Shown: positions 37,301 through 49,200 of the stretch, piece after piece
Numbering within the stretch: the stretch's first letter is position 1
Layout of the letters: every line of letters begins with the position of its first letter
Source of the DNA: the human T2T-CHM13v2.0 reference genome, Homo sapiens
Reading direction: 5' to 3' (one strand)
Length of the DNA: 64,000 nt
NCBI RefSeq assembly: GCF_009914755.1
Contig: NC_060935.1
Notes under the pieces: generated by a model
The model's input: only the letters and a program-made list of their open reading frames with translations
What the model was told of the DNA's origin: nothing
The model's database searches: none
Translations under genes and position numbers: made by a program

Positions 37301-40300
37301 TTGTGTCACTCTGCTTTTGTCCTGCCTCCATCGTCTGTGATGCTCAGAGTGGGGGCGGCGGGCCCGACGTGGCGTGGAGGTGGCAGCAGGGGCCAGCAGC
37401 GGTGGTGAGACACGGCAGCCTGGGAACGGCACCCGGGCAGGTGGCCCAGAGGAGACAGCCGCCCAGTACGCGGTCATCGCCATCGTCCCTGTCTTCTGCC
37501 TCATGGGGCTGTTGGGCATCCTGGTGTGCAACCTCCTCAAGCGGAAGGGCTACCACTGCACGGCGCACAAGGAGGTCGGGCCCGGCCCTGGAGGTGGAGG
37601 CAGTGGTGAGGCCCAGCTGGGGTCCAGGTGGGAAGGACGGGGGCACGAGCCCAGCCCCAGCTCCACTTGGGGGCTGCCAGCGGAATCCTGCCTGGCCTCT
37701 GGGGTCTGAGAGGGAGAGGCTTGGGAGGTGATAGCTGCAGACTGACAACATGGGAGGAAAGGTAAGGGGACGAAGGTGTGGCCGTGGGGGCAGAGCAGAG
37801 GTGGCACAGCTGGTCAAGTGGCTTCAGTGGATCCTACCCTGGGTGAAGCCTTGCCCAGATGTGGGGATCTGGACTCTTTGGAGGCCACAGTTGTGTGTAT
37901 GGTTCCAGGGTCGGATGGTGGCCTTGGAGTTACTCAAGGTGACCTCTGACCTCTGGCCTGGAGTAGCAGGAGTGCCCTGTGGCAGGAGGGCTGGCAGGGC
38001 AGCTGTCCTGTCCTGGGCAGGCACCATAAGGGGCTCGGGTTTTGGTTCCAGGCTGTAGTTTGAGTTACAAGGCCTGGAACCGGAGGGACAGGCATGCGCC
38101 ACCACCTTCACCCCCAGGGCCCCGGGCCCCTTTCCTTCTTCCCCACACCACTACTCCCCTGCAGGGCAGGGGCCCACTCGCACACACCCTGCCCTGGGCC
38201 CATGGGAGCCTGTGGCTACCTCAAGAGTGAAATGGCATCTCCCATGCTAGCACCCTCGGCTGTCTGGGGCTGGCATGGGAGCCAGAGACCCTTCTAAGTC
38301 CTGACACTGAAGTCTGGCGGGGGCAGGAAGCGGACAGGAGCAGTAAGCCGGCAGGAGGAAACGTGGTGACTCAGGGCCATTTTGCCTGGGACTGTGCTTG
38401 TTTTCCTAGAGACTTCCCTTTAACTGCTGGATGCTGCCTGGGTGCAAGTCCTGGGAGCTCTGTTTGCTGCTGGGCCCAGGGCTGATCATCGTGGCCCATT
38501 CTCACACCCTTGAGATTTGGGCCCAAAGCTGACTAGGGGCACTCAGTTAAATTGTTACATAGGGCACAGTAGAGAGGCCATGGAATAGCAGTTTGCTGTA
38601 GATTTGGGGAGTTCTGGGTAGGGTGGCAGCCCACAGCTCCTTGAGGCTGAGGAGGAGACAGTGCAGACCCAGAAGACGCTGACGCACCGCCCCCTCGCCC
38701 GCCCAATTCAATGACTGGAGTTCACGTGGCCCTGAAGCCTCTATGCACCCGGGCTGTTGGGTGCAGGAAGCACTGGTGTTGAATCATGAAGGTGATATGG
38801 GCTTCTCTGAGCCTGGATCCCACATTTGCAGGGCTCTGGGAGGCTTGTCACCTAAATGCACATGCTCAGGGCCCTTAAGAAGGCCAGGGTTGCCCTCTGC
38901 TGGCAGATCATGGTTTAGCTCAGGAGTGCGGCTTCCCCCTCTTCCCCAGGATCAGGGCCCTTCTCTTCCCCAGGAATCAACCCTGCCTACCGGACTGAGG
39001 ATGCCAATGAGGACACCATTGGGGTCCTGGTGCGCTTGATCACAGAGAAGAAAGGTGAGGAGAAGGTCTGACCCCATCCCAGTGCCCAGGAGAGGAGGGT
39101 TTCCTCCAGGAGCCTGTGAGGCAGCCGCGGTGGGCAGAGTCTTGCCCTGCTCTGCCTTCCCTGCCAGGGTGCCTCAAGCAGCCTGGTGCTCTCTGACCCA
39201 GGAGTGCACACCTCTGCCTCCCATTCTTGCCTGATGAAGTGGGAGGAAAAGGCGCACAGCCCAGGCTGGGAGTGGTGGTATGGAGGGTAGGTGGGGGGTT
39301 CTCTGCTGGGGCAGGGGGTGGGAGGTGTGTCCCATATGGCCACAGTGAGGGTCTGACTGCAGCTACCCACAGAGAATGCTGCGGCCCTGGAGGAGCTGCT
39401 GAAAGAGTACCACAGCAAACAGCTGGTGCAGACGAGCCACAGGCCTGTGTCCAAGTGAGTGGGCTGGTGGGAGATAACGGGGCCAAAACCTACATTAACC
39501 AGCCTGCCTCCTGGGGATCTCCCACTTGGGTCTCCCTCAAGTCACCCTGTTCCCTGCTGGGGTCTCCTGCCCCTGGCCTGGCCTATGGCCACTTCTGCCT
39601 GTGCCCCCTGCAGGCTGCCGCCAGCGCCCCCGAACGTGCCACACATCTGCCCGCACCGCCACCATCTCCACACCGTGCAGGGCCTGGCCTCGCTCTCTGG
39701 CCCCTGCTGCTCCCGCTGTAGCCAGAAGAAGTGGCCCGAGGTGCTGCTGTCCCCTGAGGCTGTAGCCGCCACTACTCCTGTTCCCAGCCTTCTGCCTAAC
39801 CCGACCAGGGTTCCCAAGGCCGGGGCCAAGGCAGGGCGTCAGGGCGAGATCACCATCTTGTCTGTGGGCAGGTGAGATGGGCACAGATGCAGCAGGGGCA
39901 GGTAAAGACGTGACAGCCTGGGGGCCGGGAGGGGGAGGCAGGGCCCCAGCTTGGGCCCTGAGCACCCTGCTCAATGGGAGCCCTGCCCTTATTGGGCCTC
40001 TCTGGGCAGTGGAGGCGGCCAGAGAGATCAGGACTTTCCGGTTATGTTGTGTCTCACATGGAGCCCTTGCATCCCTAGGGCAGCATCTTGGCCCCCATGG
40101 CACCCGGGCCTCTCAGGCTAAGGCTCTGGTCCATGAACTTGCTGTGTGACCCCGGGCACGTGCTGCCTTCTCTGTGCCCCGGGATCCCCGCTAACGGGGA
40201 TGATTGCCCCACTCTCCTCACAGGTTCCGCGTGGCTCGAATTCCTGAGCAGCGGACAAGTTCAATGGTGTCTGAGGTGAAGACCATCACGGAGGCTGGGC

Positions 40301-40628
40301 CCTCGTGGGGTGATCTCCCTGACTCCCCACAGCCTGGCCTCCCCCCTGAGCAGCAGGCCCTGCTAGGAAGTGGCGGAAGCCGTACAAAGTGGCTGAAGCC
40401 CCCAGCAGAGAACAAGGCCGAGGTGAGAGTCAAGGAGAAAGGCATCTGTTGGCACCTGGGCCAACCCTGACCGAAGACGGGGCAGGGGTGGAAGTGCAGC
40501 GGGCCCTAGGCAGGGGCCACTTTCCTGGAGCCAGAAGCCAGCCCCTGACTCAGCTCTGACCCCTCACCCCTGCCCACCAGGAGAACCGCTATGTGGTCCG
40601 GCTAAGTGAGAGCAACCTGGTCATCTGA
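34274..40628 (+). CDS. RELT: RELT (TNFRSF19L), TNF receptor superfamily member, complete: 10 coding exons, 430 aa
   Basis: Signal peptide [29 protein letters not shown] Cys-rich region ([10 protein letters not shown]...CQPHARC...DTLCGDC), [30 protein letters not shown] motif; exons sum to 1293 nt. Confidence 0.97.
35688..35762 (+). CDS. RELT: RELT exon (LLPWPLAT...EEPDL)
   Basis: ttctag|CTG ... CTG|gtgagc, 75 nt. Confidence 0.94.
35892..36058 (+). CDS. RELT: RELT exon (TNFR Cys-rich domain)
   Basis: ccacag|GAC ... GG|gtaagc, 167 nt. Confidence 0.95.
36281..36360 (+). CDS. RELT: RELT exon ([17 protein letters not shown]...GCD)
   Basis: tcgcag|G TGG ... GAT G|gtgagt, 80 nt. Confidence 0.94.
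36662..36920 (+). mobile_element. Alu (AluJ-like, small internal deletions)
   Basis: Dimeric Alu sequence. Confidence 0.88.
37348..37605 (+). CDS. RELT: RELT exon (stalk and transmembrane helix)
   Basis: gctcag|AG TGG ... AGT G|gtgagg, 258 nt. Confidence 0.94.
38974..39054 (+). CDS. RELT: RELT exon ([26 protein letters not shown])
   Basis: ccccag|GA ATC ... AAA G|gtgagg, 81 nt. Confidence 0.92.
39373..39454 (+). CDS. RELT: RELT exon ([12 protein letters not shown]...PVS)
   Basis: ccacag|AG AAT ... AA|gtgagt, 82 nt. Confidence 0.93.
39614..39871 (+). CDS. RELT: RELT exon ([21 protein letters not shown]...ILSVG)
   Basis: ctgcag|G CTG ... AG|gtgaga, 258 nt. Confidence 0.95.
40224..40422 (+). 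CDS. RELT: RELT exon (FRVARIPEQ...ENKAE)
   Basis: tcacag|G TTC ... GAG|gtgaga, 199 nt. Confidence 0.95.
40581..40628 (+). CDS. RELT: RELT last coding exon ([15 protein letters not shown])
   Basis: caccag|GAG ... ATC TGA, 48 nt. Confidence 0.94.
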   Translation, partial: ENRYVVRLSESNLVI

Positions 40629-41757
40629 GGGGCGGTCTAGTCTAAGGACACTGCGGCCCTGCCCTGGGAGGTTCCGAAGGCTTCCTGGAGGAGGTGGAGC
40701 TGCAGCTGGGACTGTGAGGACCGAGAAGCAATGGCCCAGCAGACGAGACAGCAAAGACCAAGGCCTGGAGGTGGGAGCGTCTGCCCCAGTGAGGAGGCAG
40801 GTGGCCGGCGGGCACTGTGTACAGGAGCAGGCTGAGCCCCGCCCCTGGCCCTGCTGCCATGTTGCTCCCCTGAAGGATGCCCCGACCCCCGTGCCTGCCC
40901 TGGCTGGATCCTAGGAGCCCACGGGATTCTCTGTATCATCAGAGGCTGGGCTTGGCAGAGGGGAGGGGCCTGTGCCCGTCACCCCTGGCCCCATTCCTTG
41001 GTAATTAGCCACACCCTTGCCTCTGTACAGGGCCCTAGAGCAGATGTGCGTCCCCCTCCTCTTCCAGCAGGTCTATAAAGGGAAGGGGTAGCAGAAAGTC
41101 CTGGGCTAGGAGAGTGAGTCCCTGGGTTCTAATCTTGGGCACATCTGTGGCCATCGCTGGGTCCATTTTTCTGACTGTGAAGTAAGGAGAGACGTCTCAG
41201 TACCCAGGGCCTCTTCAGCTCTTTGTAGGTTCTGGGCTGGGTTGTGGGGGACTGGGGAGCTGGGCTCTACCATCCCTCCCATTAGTAGCTTTATCCAGCC
41301 CCGTTTTTGCTGCTTCCAGGGCCTCTGCCTTCAAGGCCCCCATGGGGCTGTCCATCCATGGCTCTGCCTACGGAAGGGGCTTAATGCATGTGCCTGCCCC
41401 TCCCCCAGCTGTTTTTAATGAAACTGAAAAAATAGACTTGATCCCGGCAGGACTGTGATACAGAGCCCTAGCCTGCCCAGCCAGCCCCAAGATCTCAGGA
41501 GCTTTAGGGAGAAGACTTGGTGGGGCTGGAGCACACCTTGGGCCTCAGTGGTTTCTGTGTCCCTGTGGTGCCAGTGCTTCTGGGCAGTGCAGGCGGCTGC
41601 CAGGCCCAGCCCTGACTTCCACTCTGGCTCAGCAACCTGGTTATTTATGTGGGGCCGTGCAGGCATGGGCCCACTGCCTGTCCATCCTGTTTCTCTTATT
41701 TATTGAAACTCACCATTGCCCTATCCTTGTGTCTCCACCCCCTTCCATGTGTTGAAT

Positions 41758-41763
41758 AATAAA
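41758..41763 (+). terminator. RELT proximal poly(A) signal AATAAA
   Basis: Canonical hexamer 1.13 kb after the stop, with AU-rich upstream and U/GU-rich downstream sequence. Confidence 0.7.
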
Positions 41764-41977
41764 AGGTGGGAAAGTGCTGTCACGAGGAGCTCCTTTTCTC
41801 TGTGCCCTTCCCAGCTTATCCGCCTGTTCCACTTGTACCTGTCCAGCCCTGCCCTGTGTTGGGCACCGTGACAGGCTGCCCTCCCCTCACAGTTCCTGCA
41901 CCTCAGCAGCCAGGGAAGCAGGGCCCAGAGGAGACCCATCAACTCATCTGGTTCTCACCAAAGCCCCTAGCTAGAGG

Positions 41978-42260
41978 CAGGGCTGTCCCACAGAAATAGT
42001 GTGAGCCACATATGTGACTTTAAATTTTCTGACAGTCACATTTCAAAAAGTAAAAAGAAGCAGGTGAACTTAATTTTTTTTTAACCCAGTCTATCCAAAA
42101 TATTTTCATTTCAATATAAAATCAGTATAAAAAGTGTGAATGAGCTGTTTTTGCTTTTGCTTTGAAATCTGGAGTGTATCTTACACATCTTGATTGGAAC
42201 TCAAATATTTCAAGGGCTCCATAGCCACGTGGCCAGCAGCTACCACACTGGTCAGCGCAG
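41978..42260. mobile_element. MER33-like hAT DNA transposon
   Basis: 'ctgtcccacagaaatagtgtgagccacatatg...atagccacgtggccagcagctaccacactggtcagcgcag' resembles the recalled MER33 consensus. Confidence 0.75.
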
Positions 42261-42517
42261 CACCTGAGGAAATGCACTGTGTGGAGCCCGGGAGGTAATT
42301 GGGGGTGAGGAAGATGTGCGGGCCAGGGAATGTGTTCCACAGAGAGGGACAGCATGTGCAAAGGCTGAGCACCAACACATAGTGGTCACCTGGGCCTTAT
42401 GCCCAGGGAGCCTCCAAAGCATTCAGCTCCTGCTTGGCCAGTGTGGAGAGGAAAGGAGCCACAGGAGCGGGTGCTACACCCGGCAAGACAGAGCGTCTCC
42501 ATCTAAAATTCCTAGGG

Positions 42518-42727
42518 CAAGCTTCCAACCCGGCCCAAGGGCCGCATGTGGCCCAGGATATGGCTTTGAATGGGGCCTAACACAAATTCATAAACTTTCT
42601 TAAAACATTGAGATGTTTTTGCTTTTTTCTTTTCTTTTTAGTTCTTCAGCTATTGTTAGTGTTAATATGCGGCCCAAGAAAATTCTTCCAATGTGGCCCA
42701 GAGAAACCAAAAGATTGGACACCCCTG
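42518..42727 (-). mobile_element. MER30 hAT DNA transposon with 8-bp TSD
   Basis: Reverse complement begins caggggtgtccaatcttttgg; TSD tcctaggg (42510-42517) / tgctaggg (42728-42735). Confidence 0.85.
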
Positions 42728-45081
42728 TGCTAGGGTTTGGTAATGGGAAATGGGTCGGGGGCTTAGGGCCAGCTGGGTGGGGCAACAGGAGCAGTCCTGG
42801 GGGCACCTGTGACACAGCCATGGAGGATGTCCCATGCCATCCAGATGTGAAGGCCCAGAGCTCTCAGGAGACAGACCTGGAGACAAGAAGACCTACAGGC
42901 ACTCAGGTGGGTGTTTAGGCCAGGACTGGGCTGGGAGGAAATGTCCTGGGGACGATGCCTGGGCTGCTCCAGGGCACCACAGAGAAGGCACTGCTAGGGA
43001 GGCAGGAAAGAAACCAGGGAGGGCAACGTCCGTGGCAGTGTCCTGGCAGCCAGGGGAGGGGTGGGCGCAGGGTGGGCTGCAAGGCCAGGTGCTGCTGGGG
43101 GGTGAGGAGGACTGCTCTGTGCCCTGGTGAGTGGCACAGGAACTTGGTGGGATTCGCCTAAAGGGAGAGGGGAGACCAGGGCCAGGGCCAGGTGGATTGA
43201 GGGAGACAGCTCCCTGCCGAAGCCTGGCAGGCCATAGCTGGGTGGGGCCTCAGGCTCTGGGGAGAGACAATTTTCAGTTAATTTAGGGTTTTATTGTTTG
43301 TTATGTTGTCTAAAGACGGGAGAGAGGGACACATTTAAACTAACGGCCTCAGAGAGAGGCTGAAGAACAAGAGTGACACCTGATGGAACCTGGGGAGGTG
43401 TGGAGAGGACCAGCCTGTGGGAGTCCCCGGCCTGTCTGCAGCAGGCACAGGGCAGCTATGGGGCGGCCATGCTGGGGCTGTCGGGAGGCCTGGCTTCACA
43501 GGGGGCAGGGGCCTTTCTCCTGAGCAGAAGCCAAGCTGGGGGCCTCCTCCTACCCTGGGCAGATGTGCTTTGGGATTTGACTCTCCTTGGGTACCTAGGG
43601 CACAGGTGTCTCTCTCCAGGGCTTTTCAGGTGGGCAGGAAGGGGAGGGACACCTCTGAAGATCCAGGAGATGTTTCACCTGCACCAGAAGAGGGGAAGGA
43701 AACAGAGGCTGGACATCAGGAGGGATGTTCTGGAGCAGAAAAGGATGCCAAAGTGTAGGACAGGGTGTCCATTGTAGGGGACTAGCAGGCATCACCAGTG
43801 TACCCAAATAAGTATTTCCTGCGGCTGCCAGAGTGTGTTTGGAGTCCCTATTTGCCAGCTGCTCAGCTGCATCTCAGGGTCTGGCCTCTCCACCTTGACT
43901 GGCCCTCAGCCTCCTTCCCCAGGGGAAGGCTGGGCTGTGGGGTCTAGATGCCCTCTCCACAGCCTGCCTGTCTCGCCTGGGCAGAGGTACATACACATGC
44001 AAGCCAGGGTGCACCAAGGCTGGGTGCAGGCTTCCAGGCCAGGGCTGAGCGCCCCCTCACAGTAAGCACTGTGCTCTCCTCCAGACTCCCCCTCCCCAAT
44101 TTCTGCTTGCTGAAAGGTGTGGCCCTGGCCTGTTTCTTCACCTGTCCCTTGGGGTATTGAGGCTAGCTTGCAAGAGTGGGATGAAGAGCTGAGGGCTCAA
44201 GTAGGAGTGTGTCTGATGCCCTTGGTCTTCAGGGTCCTTACCCTCACCTGGAAGCTTTTCTGGCTTGTTCCATCTAAATCCCTGAAGCTTTGTCAGCGCT
44301 TGAGTTCAAGAGGCCCACGCGGAGGTGGGAGCTGGAGGACAGGGTGGGGTTCTGGGCTGACCACTGAGGGGAAGAGTTCTGAGCTTGACCTCTGTGCTCC
44401 ACCCCTCTTCCCTATGGGCCAGAATGGTAGGGGCTGGGACCCAAGTCTCCACCTCCCCTCCTGCTCCTGGCCCTCAGCTCTGCCACTGTGACCTGGAGCT
44501 GAGCCTCCCTCTGGGAGAAAATCCCTTCCTGCACCGGAGAAACTGACTATGGTGACTCAGCCCCAACAATGCCTGTGGCCAGAGGTGCCCCCTCGGACAC
44601 TGGGGGTGGGTTTCATATTGGATCAAGGACAGGAAGGGAGGCTGGGTGGAGGCACACGGTGAGATTTGGTGAGAGGCATTAGAGAGTAAGGAGGCCTAAA
44701 AGTTTTCATTTCAGCTGCAGTGTGAGCCAAGCTACTTGGCCTCTTTTGGCCTGTTTCCTTTCCAGGTGAGGAGGCTGAGTTCTTGGAGGTATAGCTATGG
44801 GGATGTGGAGCATGAACTGTAGGGGCCCGGCCCTGGGAAGGAATGGTGGACAGATAACCCAGTAAGAGAAGCCTGGGCCTGGGCTAGGGCAGTGGCTTCA
44901 CCCAGAGGGGAGATAAGAGATTCAGATGATGTTTAGGAGGCAAAACTGATAGCACTTGATGGGACTGCTTTGGATGAAGGCGCCAGAGCCTCCCTCAGCT
45001 GTCCTTTTTCTGTAACCACAAACCACCAAGTGCCCCTTGGTTTCCCATCTGACAAATCCATCTTTTAAGAAAGCTCAGGGC

Positions 45082-45650
<569 letters not shown>

Positions 45651-46216
45651 CGGATGGCTCAATGGATTTCAACTCTGAATGGCCTCACTGTGCTCCCACA
45701 TCACACACTTAGGGTGGGTGCTGAAGTTGCCACTTAAAGCTCCCCAGCAGCTGTGAGACCCTTAGGGCAGACCCCTGTCAGATCAGCTGTAAGATGTACC
45801 ATAGGTTTTTCTTGACTACTGAGAACAAATTTAGCATCAACTTGGGGAGACGCCCAAGGGACTCACTGGCCCAGGACAGTCCTCTGTGCCTCCCTCCCCA
45901 AGAACCACTCAGTCTAGTCACCTAAGACTTTTTTTTGGGGGGGAATTTTTTTTTTTAATAGTTATTGAGTGTTCTACAGCTTACAGTAAATACCATAGTT
46001 ACAAATTCTTGGCTTCAATCTTTCAGAGTGATCACTGTCTGATCTTCAAAACAAAACAAAAACCCAAAAGAATCCAAAACAACAAAACAAAACCAGATTT
46101 ACACTTCATACACACAGGCAAGGCCATGGGGCTTTCCAATCTTTACACTCCGGACTGTGTTTTGAAAACACCTATAAATTCTTTGATCAAACTACTTGGA
46201 AGACACTGGTCAAAGG

Positions 46217-46217
<1 letters not shown>

Positions 46218-46248
<31 letters not shown>
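46218..46248. repeat. (TTA)n microsatellite in the FAM168A 3'UTR
   Basis: About 10 tandem TTA units. Confidence 0.9.
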
Positions 46249-46249
<1 letters not shown>

Positions 46250-49200
46250 TTAAATTTTATTTCTTTTTAAAATGTGAGTTCCAATAAAATTTAAAAATTA
46301 GATTCCAACCTGTAGATTAAAATGAATTAAAAAATACAAAATCATATACAACGCTCTCTTCACAGGGATGTTACATGCCATGAGAACAGGTTTCTCTGTC
46401 ATGTGATATGAAACAGGGAAGCAGATGCCTTTAAGTCAGGATGGGGACAGGCCCTTGGGCCTTTCAAGATTATTACAGACAACTCCAAGTAGCTAGAGGC
46501 CTGGCCTTACCCCCCCTGGGTAAGGAGGAGCTTGAGTCACACCATAGATCCAGACTATCTGGCTGACCCGAGGAGAAGGTCTCTGGGACAGTCTCCTCTC
46601 TTTCCCTGACTCTCTTAGGCCTGAGGAGAAAGGCTGGGGTCTGGAGATGCTGGTCTTGCTGGGGTCAGGCCCAAAGCTGATCTCACCCATTTGATTCCTA
46701 TGGGCCGGTACTTTGCAAAGCTGTTACATCTGTTCTCCTTAGGAAGGAAAATCCCCCTGCTATCAGTGGCTGGAATGGGTAGAGGACCTCTACCACAGCA
46801 AGGATATCCAGGGACTATCCATGTGGCCATAGGGAAGCAAGTGCTGTTTTGTCCCTTTCTAGCTTTGTGGCAGCCAGTCCCAACTCCTGTGTGCCTCGGT
46901 TGGCCTTTGGGTTGGACTCAACAGCATGCACCACAGAAGATATCCACTGGAGAGACTGAGGGACTGGGACCCAAGTCTGGCTTAGGCAGGGCTGGCCATG
47001 GAATGTTGAAGCTGGCCTGCCAGGAATTTTGAAGGCTGGGTCCTGGAACCATATAATGCCTAATTTCAGAAACGAGGAGTTTTCTAGGAAAGGGGCAGAT
47101 AAGTAAAGGACAAACCCTGCAGCCCCCTTGGCATGCCTGCCTGTGCGCTCAGAGGCTCCGGTGTGGAATCCCATCAGTTAGTCTGGCGTGTTTCTTCAGC
47201 TCTGCGGGTGGGTCCCAACTGGCCCACTCTACTACTGCCCCTCTCTGGATTCCCAAGCTTGGCAAGCAGCGGGGGCCGCACAGCCAGTAGTGATGTGGGA
47301 GAATACAGGATGGAAAAGCAGACTTCCACGTATTTTCACTTAACTGCAATTGAGGAGGAATTCTGATACAGATGGTGATATATAAGACAAAGTTCACAGG
47401 GCCCAGAATGGGGCCCACCCCCTCTGGGCACAGAACAAAGCTGAGGAATTTGATATGGAAGCTCTGAGCCTCGCTTAGTCAGTGCCTCGCTGGGAACCTG
47501 GATGAGTCCTATCTGTATGAGGAGCCAAAACTTGGTGACCAAGGGGCCTGTCCTTTTATACTTCATGTGATTCCTTTCTGAAGGCCATCAGAACAAAGCA
47601 AGCCCTCCAAAGAAGGACCCCCAGATCTCTGGGAACGGGGTACCTCAAACTTGGAACAATTCGGGTGGCCAGGGGTAAGGATGCTCAGAGTCTGGTTCTG
47701 GTCCTCACCCATGGGAAAAGCAAGCCCAGGGACTTCAGTCTGTACGTTTTGTACCAACTCACTGGATCTGGACAGTGGGCAGGCTCTCAGGGATTAGGAA
47801 GCCAGGTGTGCAGGCTTACCAAGGACATGGGTCTCCCAATAGAAAGATGCCTCGTGCTGTCCTTGAACATGTCTTCGGTCCTGGGCATTGTGACCCCAAA
47901 GTGTTTTGTCCAAGTGAGGCCTTTAGTTGCAAATTCTCATCCTCCTTGTGCTGCCAGTTAGATGTGCCTCTGGGTCCCTCCCCAGGGCTCATTACAGGTC
48001 CTGGCCCAAAGCAGTTCATACAAATCTGCTCAGCTCAGAGACTGGGCTTCCCAGCTCTATAAAGTACAGTTAGCCCCTCCCTCCATGCTTGCCAAGAGAC
48101 CCAGCAGGTGGCAGCAGAAAGAGCAGAGGATTTGAAGAATCACTTCCAAGCTGTGTGACCTTTTAGCAAGTCTCAAGCCTCCTGAGCCTTAGTTTTTTCA
48201 TCTATAAAATGGAGGACTTTGGCAACCAATGTCAAAGTACTTTGCATACCAAAAACGCTCTGGACAGGTGTGTGTGTCTCTGCTAAATATTCAGGAAAGA
48301 GGATATACATTTTAGGGTCATTGCCAGGTAAGAAAGAACAGCAACTGTCCTATCTCATGAGGAAGAAATTAAATATGCATTTTTTTTCAAAACATGGCAA
48401 ACCATTATGTTTCAGGCTTTCACTATTTGCAGGCAATCCAGCTCCCAGACTCAAACTTCTTGACCCCAGGCCAGTGAGGAGAGGGGGTCAGGTAGAAGTA
48501 GAAGAATTCAAAAGGGTTGGCTGGTAACGAGCCATCTGTACCCCTGATCCTGGCCATAGGTGTTGCACTTGGGGAGAGGCAGTGGCATGAGGAGGAGAGA
48601 GGGGTTTGCATCCTGGGGCCAGTGCTGTAGCTCACTGTCAGGCGGCTACATCCCTTGTCCTCTCTTGCTTGCCTGCCTTCAATGAGACGGCCCTTCCAGC
48701 TCTGACTTTTTGTCTAGCTTGACCACCGTGCCATCTAGAATCTTTGGAGGTATCTACCTATGGTACCTCCCACTAGATCTCTGTGACCTTACCAGTAACT
48801 GTGCCCATCCTACCAGAGGCACATGACTGTCCCCGCTCTCCTGGGCTCAGTCCTTTTGCAGTGACTCCCCAAGCTTGGCTAGGCTTGTGGATCTCCATCA
48901 CAGCAAGAGGCTGAGGCCGGCTGAACTGGGGCTCATACTGAAAAAGGGGTGCTGGACCTGGGCTCTTCCAGACCACAGCCTTTCAGTGCCTTATTTTCAC
49001 CTTGGGGCCCCCCTTTGCTCTTGAATTACATAGTAGGTGCTAAGATAGGGCACAGAGCACAGATGCTTCAGTACGTGAGCCTGTGTGGGGATCAGATGGA
49101 GGGGAACGAGACAGCAGACAGCCTGGGATTCGAGTGGCTCTGTCACTTATTAGCAAGTCACTTGACTTTTCCAAGCCTTGATTTCCTTATGGATCAAATA

